The notes below the pieces were generated by a model, which searched no databases, had not been told where the DNA came from, and saw only the letters and a list, made by a program, of their open reading frames with translations. From positions 1 through 29,323 of IMG/VR virus record IMGVR_UViG_3300031566_000267: a stretch of 29,323 bases of DNA; one strand, given 5' to 3'. Origin of the DNA: a virus. Its lineage: Duplodnaviria; Caudoviricetes. The position numbers and the translations under genes were made by a program. This document shows positions 16,762 through 25,283 of this stretch, one piece after another (within the stretch, counting starts at the first letter, position 1; the number at the start of each line of letters is the position of its first letter).

Positions 16762-17761
16762 CTAACTCCTCCATGCACGCGACCATGTTCCTGATCGCAT
16801 GCGTCCAACGATGTGTGTCGAGCTGGTAAGGCTCGCGTGCCTCCAACCCTGCGCGTACCTGTGCAACAGCGTGCTCGACGTCGCGGTAGCAAGACCCGAA
16901 GATCTCTCGGTACGAGAGACGGTCGGGAACAACAGGGTGTGCTCCGAGCGACGCGGCCTCCAACATCGCAATGCCCCACGTCTCCTGGAGTGCAGACGAG
17001 AAGGCCACACGTGATCCGCCGATCATGTGGTAGTAGTCCGACTTGGTCGTGCAGACCTCCTTGGTCTTGATCCACTCGACCGCCTGATCATCTGGGTAGG
17101 CTTCGCCGTAGGCGCTTCGCACCATGTCAAAGAACACTGGGTCCTTCTCAGGGGCGAGGCGATGCGGGAACACCACCCGCCGCGAACGCGCCCCCCACAG
17201 CTCATACCGACGCGACCAGTCCTCGGCGTAGAGCGGGAAGCCTGTGACGCGAATGCTGCCGGTGTCGGTGGCGCGAGCGCCCTCCAGCATTGAGGCATGA
17301 GCGTGCGTGGCGACGAACGACAGGTCAGCCGCGGCGAGCATGGAGGTCTCTGCGTAGCGCGCCCAGTCCTTCATCGTCGGGTGCTGACCCAGGAGATCCC
17401 ACGGGTCGTATGACCCGGCGTGCCAGCACGCCGCGATCTTGAACTTGACTGCGCCGAGGTCACGCATGTACGCGAGCTGGAGGACCGCAGGGTTCCAGGC
17501 ATCAAGGAGCAGGACCCAGTCCCCATCACGGACAGCGCCGCGTTGTAGATCGTGCGCGAACGCAGCGAGCTGGGTGGCCTTGAACACGTTGGTGTCGACC
17601 ACGTCGAGAAACTGGCCTTGCTTGATCGCGAGCTGAGTCGGTGCACCCATGACGGTGTGGACCTCACAGCCGAGCTCCTCAAGCTTCGGTGGGAACCAGT
17701 GCAGCCATTGGGCGCTGTACCGTTCCTCAAGCGGCTCGATCGGTAGCAGATGGATCTTCAT
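16733..17761 (-). CDS. GT-B glycosyltransferase (GT4-like)
   Basis: IEPLEERY, WHAGSYD, FPHRLAPEK, ETWGIAMLE (E-x7-E). Confidence 0.85.
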   Translation of the reverse strand: MKIHLLPIEPLEERYSAQWLHWFPPKLEELGCEVHTVMGAPTQLAIKQGQFLDVVDTNVFKATQLAAFAHDLQRGAVRDGDWVLLLDAWNPAVLQLAYMRDLGAVKFKIAACWHAGSYDPWDLLGQHPTMKDWARYAETSMLAAADLSFVATHAHASMLEGARATDTGSIRVTGFPLYAEDWSRRYELWGARSRRVVFPHRLAPEKDPVFFDMVRSAYGEAYPDDQAVEWIKTKEVCTTKSDYYHMIGGSRVAFSSALQETWGIAMLEAASLGAHPVVPDRLSYREIFGSCYRDVEHAVAQVRAGLEAREPYQLDTHRWTHAIRNMVACMEELDDHAATPSR

Positions 17762-18414
17762 CCGTCGTAGTTGCCCCAGTCACGCGGACTGTTGAAGACG
17801 TACCCATCGCAGTCCTTACAGAGATCGAGTGACTGCGAGCCCTCGACATCATGGCAACACAGGGCGAACGAGCCGTCCCAGAGCACAACCTGCCACGAGT
17901 CCTTCAGGTAGGAGCAACGCTGGGCACCGCCGTGCTGAGGCAGGTCGAGGTACCCACTGAACGAAACCATCTCCTTCTTCGGGGCGTCCGACTTCACCAG
18001 CAGTCGGTGCTCGGTGAACTCCAGCCCCTCGGGGATAGCGAAGCTCTTGAGGCGCACGCCGAACGGATCGGTGTGCAGGCGCAGCCACGACAGCCCTGCA
18101 TCGCGAAGACGCTCGAGGCGTGCCTGCACCAGACCCTTGCCGTTGGTTGAGAAGCCGACGGTGACACCGAGCTCGACCGCCACCTCGATCAGCCGCTCCA
18201 GCTTCTTGTGGAGGAGGGGCTCGCCGAAGTGATGTAGAGAGACGACCTTGTTCTCCATGCAGGCGATGGCTGCACGAAGCGTCGCCTCCTCGATGAAGCC
18301 TCGCTTGCGTGCGTGCGTGGGCTGCGGGCAGTAGGTGCAGGTCGCGTTGCACCAGTTCGTGGTCTCGATCTGGTAGACCTTTCGCGAGTCTGGGGCCGCG
18401 TCGAAGACGCTCAC
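17758..18414 (-). CDS. Small radical SAM protein with twitch/SPASM-like C-terminus
   Basis: CNATCTYC, FGEPLLH, STNG, C...WDG...CC.D...C..C; GTG 18414 overlaps upstream stop. Confidence 0.85.
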   Translation of the reverse strand: MSVFDAAPDSRKVYQIETTNWCNATCTYCPQPTHARKRGFIEEATLRAAIACMENKVVSLHHFGEPLLHKKLERLIEVAVELGVTVGFSTNGKGLVQARLERLRDAGLSWLRLHTDPFGVRLKSFAIPEGLEFTEHRLLVKSDAPKKEMVSFSGYLDLPQHGGAQRCSYLKDSWQVVLWDGSFALCCHDVEGSQSLDLCKDCDGYVFNSPRDWGNYDG

Positions 18415-18749
18415 GAGAACACCACCTTCGCGCCAGCTTCTCCGTCCTCCCAGATCTCGATCCAAGCGGGCGCACGGTGGCCTGCCTCAGTCAGCTTGGT
18501 GAACATGTCCTTCGCGATCATCTCGCACGACTGGGCACCGAAGTCGGTGTTGGGCGCGTAGACCTTCCGCATCCAAGCCTGTGCCGTATGGAACTCCACA
18601 TCCCGGTCATCGTGGCCCACCTTCCACGCAGCAATCATCAGGAACAGGTGCCGGTGCGTGTTGGACAGATAGGCGACCTCACCAGGCGCGTTCGGCCAAC
18701 AGTGGAAGCCTGGGATCCGATGCGTGACTAGGACGGTTGATTCAGTCAA
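18411..18749 (-). CDS. QueD paralogue (T-fold), DpdL-like
   Basis: GFHCWP, LSNTHRHLF (LxxxHRHxF in place of CxxxHGH), DRDVEF, SCE, EDGE; TTG 18749 with GGAG RBS. Confidence 0.7.
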   Translation of the reverse strand: MTESTVLVTHRIPGFHCWPNAPGEVAYLSNTHRHLFLMIAAWKVGHDDRDVEFHTAQAWMRKVYAPNTDFGAQSCEMIAKDMFTKLTEAGHRAPAWIEIWEDGEAGAKVVFS

Positions 18750-18906
18750 GGGAGACTCCGCGTTTCGAGACAAGGAACCGCAGGGTCGCGGCGAGGAGCC
18801 ACGCCCTGTCTTCGGTAACGAGCGGTGGTGGAAGACCGCGAGCCATCGCGTCGAGGATCATGTTGGCGAGCAACAAGGCATCCTCGCGCTCGGTCTTCGT
18901 AGGCAT
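18742..18906 (-). CDS. 54-aa hypothetical protein (not in ORF track)
   Basis: MPTKTEREDALLLANMILDAMARG...; more protein-like than overlapping 18746..18937 frame. Confidence 0.45.
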   Translation of the reverse strand: MPTKTEREDALLLANMILDAMARGLPPPLVTEDRAWLLAATLRFLVSKRGVSLD

Positions 18907-18933
18907 GAAGGGGCGCAAGATCTAGGCAGAACA

Positions 18934-20559
18934 TCACGACACCTCGCCCCGGTCAACATGGATGCGCAGGTCGGCAGCGCACGAGGCCACATGCTCATCG
19001 TGGGTGATCAGGACAACGCACCTGTCCTTGGCAAGGTCAGCGACAAGGTCGCTCACGGCGTCTCTGCCATCCGCGTCGAGGGAGTCGAAGACCTCGTCGA
19101 AGAAGATCGGCGACACCCACTGCGCTCCGGTGTTGGTTCCGCTCGCGAGCTCAGCCAGCGCCAGGAGCAGCGCAACGTCCACCCGTCGGCGCTCACCTGC
19201 ACTAGCCCCGAGGTATCCGCTGTCTCCGCCAGCGCCAACCAGAGTGAGGGAGATCGCATCGATGGTGCCACCTGACTTCTTCTCGGTGTAGGAACGGAGG
19301 TTGATAGTGATCGTCGATGCGAGCTTGCGTAGCCACGCGTTGGTCCGCGCCTCGATGCTGGCCAAGGTCTGCCCTAGGACATGGGCGCGAGCACCGCGAA
19401 CGCCCAGGATGCCTTCGCACGCCTCTAGCTCAACAACGTCCAAGGTGACCGTCGCGCGCTTCTGCTCGAGTAGGTGCAGCTTCCCGTCGAGAGTCTCGCG
19501 CTCGACTCGCTGAGCTTTCAACGGCGCCTCGATGCGGGCGTAGGCAGCGCGTGCCGCTGTACCATTGTTGAGCCCGGTGCGAATGCTGTCTGCGATCGAA
19601 GACAAGCCGTCACGCTCCTCGATGAGCTCCTCCGTCGAGGACTGGATCTCGTCGAGACGTGTCGCGTTGGACACGCGGGTATCCTCGGCTGTCTGTTGAG
19701 CTGAGACGACCTCGTCGTGCAAGGTCTGCCGCAGCTTCTTGCCAATAGCTTGACCACAGGTGTGGCACGCATCATCGGCGAGGCGCAGCAGCCGGGCCTC
19801 GGCGGCGGCGACCTTCTGGCGTGCGGCACCATCTTCAGCGAGAAGGAGATCTCGCTCGCGGCGCAGGTCAGCTAGCTCATCGTCCACTTCGCTGCGATGA
19901 CCTTCAACCTTCGCGAGCTCAACGCGACGAAGACCGGCATCTGGTGGTGGTGGTGTCTCCGCAAGCAACGTCTCCAACGTGACGATGTTCTCCTCTAGGG
20001 AGGCCGCCCGTGCGCCACACATCTCTAGGTCCCGCTCAGTGGCACCCTTGGAGCCTCGTGCCACGCGCAGATCGGCGCGGCAGGCATCGAGGGCGCGGTC
20101 GAACCAGCCAAGGCCGAGTAGCTGTTCGAGCAAGCCCTTACGTTCGGAGTCAGACGCAAGCGTGAAGTGAGCCGCGTCAGAGGCGCTGAACACACACGTC
20201 CGACGCCACACCTCGTGCGACCCAACAACAGAGTCCAACGACTCCTGCGACTTGGTGTTGGTGTCGAAGGTGACTCCGCCGTCGTTGGTGTGCGACCACT
20301 CGAGCTTCTTGGTCTTGCCATTCCAGATTCGCGTGACCACCAGGCCGGCATCACGCAGCTCAACGTGTCCGCTCTCCTCGAAACGCCAGGGCGACCAGCG
20401 CGCACCGCGCAAAGTCTTCCCCCACAAGGCCGTCGAGATTCCCTCAATGAACGCGCTCTTGCCAGAACCGTTGGGTCCTGTGACCAGGACAACGCCGCGA
20501 GCAGGAAGCTCGACCTGACTCGCGTTGTGCGACATGAACCCAACAAGATCGAGGATCAC
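18934..20559 (-). CDS. sbcC: SbcC/Rad50/gp46-like ATPase
   Basis: GPNGSGKS, zinc hook CHTC, SAGE signature, FFDEVFDSLD, ITH. Confidence 0.92.
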   Translation of the reverse strand: MILDLVGFMSHNASQVELPARGVVLVTGPNGSGKSAFIEGISTALWGKTLRGARWSPWRFEESGHVELRDAGLVVTRIWNGKTKKLEWSHTNDGGVTFDTNTKSQESLDSVVGSHEVWRRTCVFSASDAAHFTLASDSERKGLLEQLLGLGWFDRALDACRADLRVARGSKGATERDLEMCGARAASLEENIVTLETLLAETPPPPDAGLRRVELAKVEGHRSEVDDELADLRRERDLLLAEDGAARQKVAAAEARLLRLADDACHTCGQAIGKKLRQTLHDEVVSAQQTAEDTRVSNATRLDEIQSSTEELIEERDGLSSIADSIRTGLNNGTAARAAYARIEAPLKAQRVERETLDGKLHLLEQKRATVTLDVVELEACEGILGVRGARAHVLGQTLASIEARTNAWLRKLASTITINLRSYTEKKSGGTIDAISLTLVGAGGDSGYLGASAGERRRVDVALLLALAELASGTNTGAQWVSPIFFDEVFDSLDADGRDAVSDLVADLAKDRCVVLITHDEHVASCAADLRIHVDRGEVS

Positions 20560-21791
20560 AGCGCAGCCTTCCTGTACGCAACCAGCCTAGCTGCCACACC
20601 TTCGCGTGTGCCGGGTGGTGCTACCTCGACCAGCCCCACATAGTCTGCGACCGGCCCCTCACCTTGCGACGCTGCAACCGCTGCCTGTGCCGCGTCCCGA
20701 ACGAGAGTGTCATCTTCGATGACCTCGACGAACGCGACACACTCGCGCTCGAGGTAATTGTCACGCATCGCGGTCGCCTCTACGAGCTGATCAGGTTGGC
20801 ACCTGATCCGAACGTAGAGCCTCGACCTCGAGTCGGTTGTGAGGGTGGCGAGTCGGTCACCGGCGTGTCCCGCCGGTGGCGAGGTTGGGCGCTGCGTAGT
20901 CGGCGTTGGAGGAACAGATGACCACCGCGCCGGATTAAGTGACGTACCTAGCGTGAGCGTGTGGAAGCGCGGACCTTCAATCGTGTGTGTAGTGATTGCA
21001 TTTGGATCGTTGCTGTCCCACATGATCATCCGCCCAACGAGATGCTGGTCAGGTTCCTGAAAGCCTGCGGGAACGAGCGTGCCTGGGATAACCGCTGAGG
21101 TGAGCACTGGTGTCCGCGCAGGCTCACGAGACTCTATGGGGCGATCGGAGTCGAACCGCTTGAAGGCGTGCCAATTACCGGCGAAGGTCATGTGGACGTC
21201 TGCCGCGTCCATCCAGAACCGAAGCTGACCGATACCGACGGCATCGCGGGCAGCCTTCATGAAGGCTGGCGTGTCCTCGTCCCAGATACCGATGTGGGTC
21301 GCAAGGAGGCGGATCCTGGTTGTAGCCTTCCCATGGACGACCATCGAGTTGGGTAGCCACTCTGATGCCAGCCCTGGGAGGTAGGGTGCGCATAGCAGTT
21401 CAACATCGCCAACACAGATGAGCGATGGGTGTGCGATCACCTCGATGCCGTCGATGAGCGCGAGGGACGCGCAGGCATGATCGCCTTCGCCGTCTGACTG
21501 AGCGTCGTGGTTGCCTAGGATGACGATGACACGCATCCCCGGGCGGTACAGCTTACCTTCGAGAAGTGCCGCGGCGGTGCCAGCTACGAGCTGCGGTGTT
21601 GGACGCGTGTGATCGAACAGGTCGCCGAGCACGACGAACATTTTGCATTCGTGCACCGCAGCGCGGGCGCTGGCTTGTTTCAGCGAAGCCAGCGCCGCGG
21701 CTCCACGCTCGTTGATGCCGTTGATCATTGCCCCGCCCCACCTGCGGTGGTTGGCCACATGAACGTCGGCTACAAATGCCACCTTCGTCAT
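20556..21791 (-). CDS. sbcD: SbcD/Mre11/gp47-like nuclease
   Basis: ADVH, GDLFD, GNHD, TH, GNWH phosphoesterase motifs; coupled to sbcC. Confidence 0.88.
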   Translation of the reverse strand: MTKVAFVADVHVANHRRWGGAMINGINERGAAALASLKQASARAAVHECKMFVVLGDLFDHTRPTPQLVAGTAAALLEGKLYRPGMRVIVILGNHDAQSDGEGDHACASLALIDGIEVIAHPSLICVGDVELLCAPYLPGLASEWLPNSMVVHGKATTRIRLLATHIGIWDEDTPAFMKAARDAVGIGQLRFWMDAADVHMTFAGNWHAFKRFDSDRPIESREPARTPVLTSAVIPGTLVPAGFQEPDQHLVGRMIMWDSNDPNAITTHTIEGPRFHTLTLGTSLNPARWSSVPPTPTTQRPTSPPAGHAGDRLATLTTDSRSRLYVRIRCQPDQLVEATAMRDNYLERECVAFVEVIEDDTLVRDAAQAAVAASQGEGPVADYVGLVEVAPPGTREGVAARLVAYRKAAL

Positions 21792-21860
21792 AGAATGCAG
21801 GGTAGCGGGGTGTAATTCGCGTTGTACGCGGTTTGCGTGTTTGGGGTCAGATGGCCGAGA

Positions 21861-22190
21861 TCAGGTGCGAGAGAGGCGCTTCCGACCCTTCTCGCTGATC
21901 TGATACAGCCCGCGACCGACGTTGTCCACCCAGCCGCACGACACAGGGCGGCGCAGCGCGTTCCTGGTCTGGAGCTTGGGGTCATCGCCACCAAACAAGC
22001 GAGCAAGCCACGCGATCGTTCGCTGCTCGCGCTTGCCTGAATGGGAGCGCCCATCCAGAGCCTTGACCAGCGCCTTCTCGTCATCGCTGAGAAGATCGTA
22101 GCTGAGGTCGCGGGTGGCCGCGCTCTGACCGGTGGTCGGCTTGGGCCGCTTGTCTTTGGGAACCTTCCGCAGATCCTTCTTCGTTGCCAT
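21861..22190 (-). CDS. Small basic winged-helix-like DNA-binding protein
   Basis: AAGGAG RBS before ATG 22190; TRNALRRPVSCGWVDNVGRGLY. Confidence 0.7.
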   Translation of the reverse strand: MATKKDLRKVPKDKRPKPTTGQSAATRDLSYDLLSDDEKALVKALDGRSHSGKREQRTIAWLARLFGGDDPKLQTRNALRRPVSCGWVDNVGRGLYQISEKGRKRLSRT

Positions 22191-22215
22191 TGAAACTCCT
22201 TGTAGATCGGTTTGA

Positions 22216-22383
22216 TCATGCCTGTGATCGTCTGTCAAGGGCGATCAAGATCAACGCCGCTTCGATCACCGATGCAAGCACGCGCTTGAAGTCCGCGTCA
22301 TCATCCAGACAGCACGCCTGAACCTTGATGAGCGCTGTGGCCATGACCGACTCGACCTTCGTCTGATCTGGTGGGTTCGGCAT
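22216..22383 (-). CDS. 55-aa hypothetical protein (not in ORF track)
   Basis: ATG immediately after recA stop; MPNPPDQTKVESVMATALIKVQ... Confidence 0.5.
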   Translation of the reverse strand: MPNPPDQTKVESVMATALIKVQACCLDDDADFKRVLASVIEAALILIALDRRSQA

Positions 22384-23418
22384 CTAGTCCTCATCCCCGG
22401 TCACGCCGGTCAGTTCTTCATCGATGTCGATGTCGGGGGTGCCTTCGTCCCCTTCGGCACGATCGTGGTTGCCAGCGAAGCCGGGTTGCCAACCCAGCGC
22501 CGCGCAGGCCACCCCATACGCCTTCTTCGTGGCGGCGGTGTTGTTCGGGATCACCTTGCGGTCCTTCGCGAAGTTCACTGTGCTCCACGTGTTCGACCAG
22601 CCGGTATCGTAGTAGAGCCGCACCTGCGCCTTGGCCCAAGGCTTCCCACCAATCTTGGTCTTCGCAGCCATCATGGTGACCTGCTTGCCGACGTGGTCCG
22701 TTCCGACCTTGACAGACTTCCCGCTGAACAGTTCGAGACGAACCGACGCGTGAAACTTGAGGGCTGCGCCGCCTGGCGTCGTCTTGCCACCGCCCCACTT
22801 CCCGATGTCGGCCCGCGTCTGGTTGACGATCATGAGGAACGCACGCTTGTCGATTGCGAGCGCGGTGAGCACGCGCATCGCAGTGCTCATCATCTTCGCG
22901 CGATCTCCAACAGATGCCTTGAAGTCCAGCCCTTCCTCGACCTCGCGCTTCGTTGGGGTTGCCGCAAACGAGTCCCACCCAACGAAGTTCGGGGGGTCGC
23001 CCTTCTTCGTCCGAGGCAGGGACTCGAGGGCAGCCTCCAGCATCTGGAGCGACTCCTCCAGCGTGTCAGGCTGGGCAAGGATCACACGGTCGAGGTCGCA
23101 CCCGAACACCGCCGCGCGAGAGGCGTCGAGCGCGTGCTCGGTCTCGACGAGCACAGCGACGCCGCCTTCCTTCTGCACCCCTGCGATTGCTTGGAACAGC
23201 ACGCTCGACTTGCCTGCGCCTTCGTCGGCGTAGAGCTCGACGATACGCCCCAATGGCCAGCCTCCGATGCCAAGGACGTGATGGTCGAGCACATCGATGC
23301 CTGTTGGGATCACCTCCTCGATGTCCGAGTCTGCTCCTTCTGCGAGGAGATGGGCTGTGCCTTTGCCAGCACGCTTGATGATGCCATCGAGGACGGCCTT
23401 GATCTTATCGTTTGCCAT
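22384..23418 (-). CDS. recA: RecA/UvsX-like recombinase
   Basis: IPTG, GRIVELY..EGAGKS, EHALD, WDS, NQTR, TPGG.ALKFHASVR. Confidence 0.93.
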   Translation of the reverse strand: MANDKIKAVLDGIIKRAGKGTAHLLAEGADSDIEEVIPTGIDVLDHHVLGIGGWPLGRIVELYADEGAGKSSVLFQAIAGVQKEGGVAVLVETEHALDASRAAVFGCDLDRVILAQPDTLEESLQMLEAALESLPRTKKGDPPNFVGWDSFAATPTKREVEEGLDFKASVGDRAKMMSTAMRVLTALAIDKRAFLMIVNQTRADIGKWGGGKTTPGGAALKFHASVRLELFSGKSVKVGTDHVGKQVTMMAAKTKIGGKPWAKAQVRLYYDTGWSNTWSTVNFAKDRKVIPNNTAATKKAYGVACAALGWQPGFAGNHDRAEGDEGTPDIDIDEELTGVTGDED

Positions 23419-23502
23419 GGGCGATCAAGTGGGAGTCGAACCCGGTGGACGCGCCACCTACCACAGCCGTGGGTGCATTATTCACCACAGCCTCTTGATC
23501 GC
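23418..23502 (-). ncRNA. tRNA-like structured element (degenerate tRNA-His-like)
   Basis: GCGATCAAG/CTTGATCGC terminal stem, GGG-TTCGACT-CCC T-arm, C-CCA end, CT-GTG-GT loop; D, anticodon and T stems imperfect. Confidence 0.5.
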
Positions 23503-23509
23503 AGAAAGG

Positions 23510-23556
23510 TGGGACTGCTCCTGTGTGAATGGAGCACGCAGGAGTTGGAGCAGCCC
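23510..23556 (-). terminator. GC-rich stem after ssb (possible terminator or processing hairpin)
   Basis: GGGGCTGCTCC...GGAGCAGTCCC followed by ACCTTTCT; large loop, weak U tract. Confidence 0.3.
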
Positions 23557-23565
23557 CAAAGAACC

Positions 23566-24402
23566 CTAGTCGAGATCGACCTCATCGTCGAACAGGTCGT
23601 CCTCGGCGGTGCGCTGACCGTCGTCAACGTCCACGTCGATCACGTCCTTCTTCCCCCTCTTCGGGGTAGCGGGGGCACCCACCTCCTCCTTGTCGCCCCA
23701 CACGTCCTTGGGGTCCTCACCGTCGAACAGTCTGTTCTGCTGATCGACGGTCGGGATCCGCAAGAGCTGCCGCAGGTCACGCTGGATCTCGATCCAGTCC
23801 ATGTTCACGAGCTTCGACTGCTCACGCCCAGGCGTCAGGGTGTAGGCGGTGTCGTCCTTGCCGGTGCCGACGCGCAGGACGCCGATGTTGAACCCGCCGA
23901 TCGGGTCGAGGAAGTTGCCACCGTTCTCGTCGTCGGTTCGGATCGCCTTCAGCGCATCGTAGACGCGCTTGCCGAACGCCCAGATGGAGACGGAGTTCTC
24001 CGGGTTCTTCGGATCGATGACCACGTTGGCCATCACCCGCTTGGACGGGCGCAGGTTCTTCGCGGCCTTGGCGTCGCGCGAGTTGCCGCTGGTCTCGAGC
24101 TTGTCAGCCTTCTCGCAGGCGAGGCACTTCTTGCTCTCGTGCATCTTGGGGCAAGCGAAGATGATCGCCTTCTCGACGCCAGGCATGTTGATGAAGTGCT
24201 GGTGCTGGATGACGAAGGGGCTCGGCCAGCCGATCTTCGGGGGGAGGAAGCGGACGGTCGTGCGACCCACCGGCACCTTCCAGAAGTCGCCTCCCGACGA
24301 CATCTCCTTCGATTCCTTGTTCATCTGGTCTTCCGACCAGTCTCCGTAGGCGACCACTGCGGCCTGGGTGGTCTTCGCGAGCTGCTTCTCTTTGGGTGGC
24401 AT
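23566..24402 (-). CDS. gp32-like single-stranded DNA-binding protein
   Basis: VRFLPP, HF, zinc site CPK...CLAC, acidic C-tail DDLFDDEVDLD; ATG 24402 with AGGA RBS. Confidence 0.8.
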   Translation of the reverse strand: MPPKEKQLAKTTQAAVVAYGDWSEDQMNKESKEMSSGGDFWKVPVGRTTVRFLPPKIGWPSPFVIQHQHFINMPGVEKAIIFACPKMHESKKCLACEKADKLETSGNSRDAKAAKNLRPSKRVMANVVIDPKNPENSVSIWAFGKRVYDALKAIRTDDENGGNFLDPIGGFNIGVLRVGTGKDDTAYTLTPGREQSKLVNMDWIEIQRDLRQLLRIPTVDQQNRLFDGEDPKDVWGDKEEVGAPATPKRGKKDVIDVDVDDGQRTAEDDLFDDEVDLD

Positions 24403-24439
24403 GTCCTGTGTTCCTGTGTGAGTTGAGTTGCTTGTCCGA

Positions 24440-24469
24440 CGCCTTGTCAACGCGGGATGAAATTCCTAC
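24440..24469 (-). promoter_or_regulatory. Bipartite promoter motif copy 7 (leadered, before ssb)
   Basis: GTAGGAAT-N14-ACAAGGCG in intergenic gap; also contains TTGACA. Confidence 0.7.
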
Positions 24470-24489
24470 CACGACCCTCTGACTTTTTT

Positions 24490-24816
24490 CTAGACCAGAC
24501 CCTTCTTCTCAGCGAGCCAGGTGCTGATCACCAGCGTGCCTTCATCGCCCTCCTCCCTGACCTCGCTGCTGGTGTGAAGCTGGGACAGCGGGATCCACTC
24601 CTCCTGCTTCGCGTCGACGGTCCCGAATGGGTCGGTCGACAGGCCCTCGCCTGTCACGAGGAGCGCGGCTGCGGTCTGCTTGATGGCGCGGATGTTCGGG
24701 ATCGAGTGGCCGTTGTCAGGCTTCCGGCGACCGCTGTACTTGCCACGGGACACGGTAGGCTCGCGGTATCCGAATCCGTCCTCGTCGACACCGTCCCAAT
24801 CCTCCCAACCCATCAC
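24490..24816 (-). CDS. Hypothetical phage protein
   Basis: TAAALLV...EEWIPLSQL...GTLVISTWLAEKKGL. Confidence 0.7.
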   Translation of the reverse strand: MMGWEDWDGVDEDGFGYREPTVSRGKYSGRRKPDNGHSIPNIRAIKQTAAALLVTGEGLSTDPFGTVDAKQEEWIPLSQLHTSSEVREEGDEGTLVISTWLAEKKGLV

Positions 24817-25283
24817 TCAGACCCCGCAGGTTCCCTGAAACCCGATGTCCCTGCCATCTCGGCACGCGCCAAATGCACAAGGGACTGGAGGTTCTCACGC
24901 TTCGCGCGCAGGGCGTCGCAGATGGCGCGCATCGCTTCTCGCTCATACTCCGCCTCGATCAGCGCGGCCCGGGCGTCGTGAACGATCCTGAGCGCGGTGA
25001 CCTTGGCGTCGATCTTGGCCTCGGTTGTCTTCTCGCCCAGCGCCTCCATGTCCTCACGAACAAGAAGACCGTGCGCGGCCTTGATCTCCTCCGATGCCAT
25101 CTTCGCCGAGATCCAAGCCCTGTGGGCCTTGGCGAACTCGAAGCCGTAGTGGGCGATGTCCGCCGGGAGCCGCTCGAGCTCCGTGCGCAGGTCGCCACCG
25201 TTGATGTGGATCGCAGCCCGCACATGAGCCTGTGGGTCTTCGATTGGTTCTGACTGGAACACCTCGTCTAGTTTCGACTTCAT
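24813..25283 (-). CDS. UvsY-like recombination mediator (putative)
   Basis: All-helical, TEAKIDAKV...ALRAKRENLQSL...RAEM; near SSB and RecA; ATGA overlap at 25283. Confidence 0.55.
   Translation of the reverse strand: MKSKLDEVFQSEPIEDPQAHVRAAIHINGGDLRTELERLPADIAHYGFEFAKAHRAWISAKMASEEIKAAHGLLVREDMEALGEKTTEAKIDAKVTALRIVHDARAALIEAEYEREAMRAICDALRAKRENLQSLVHLARAEMAGTSGFREPAGSE

Noticed and set aside
18746-18937. 63-aa ORF coupled to sbcC stop
   Set aside because: Arg/Pro-rich shadow-like composition; alternative frame 18742..18906 looks more protein-like, though unresolved
22465-24426. 653-aa plus-strand ORF (also 127..1137, 6109..6933, 13825..14676 and others)
   Set aside because: Antisense shadows of well-supported minus-strand genes in high-GC DNA; no recognisable motifs
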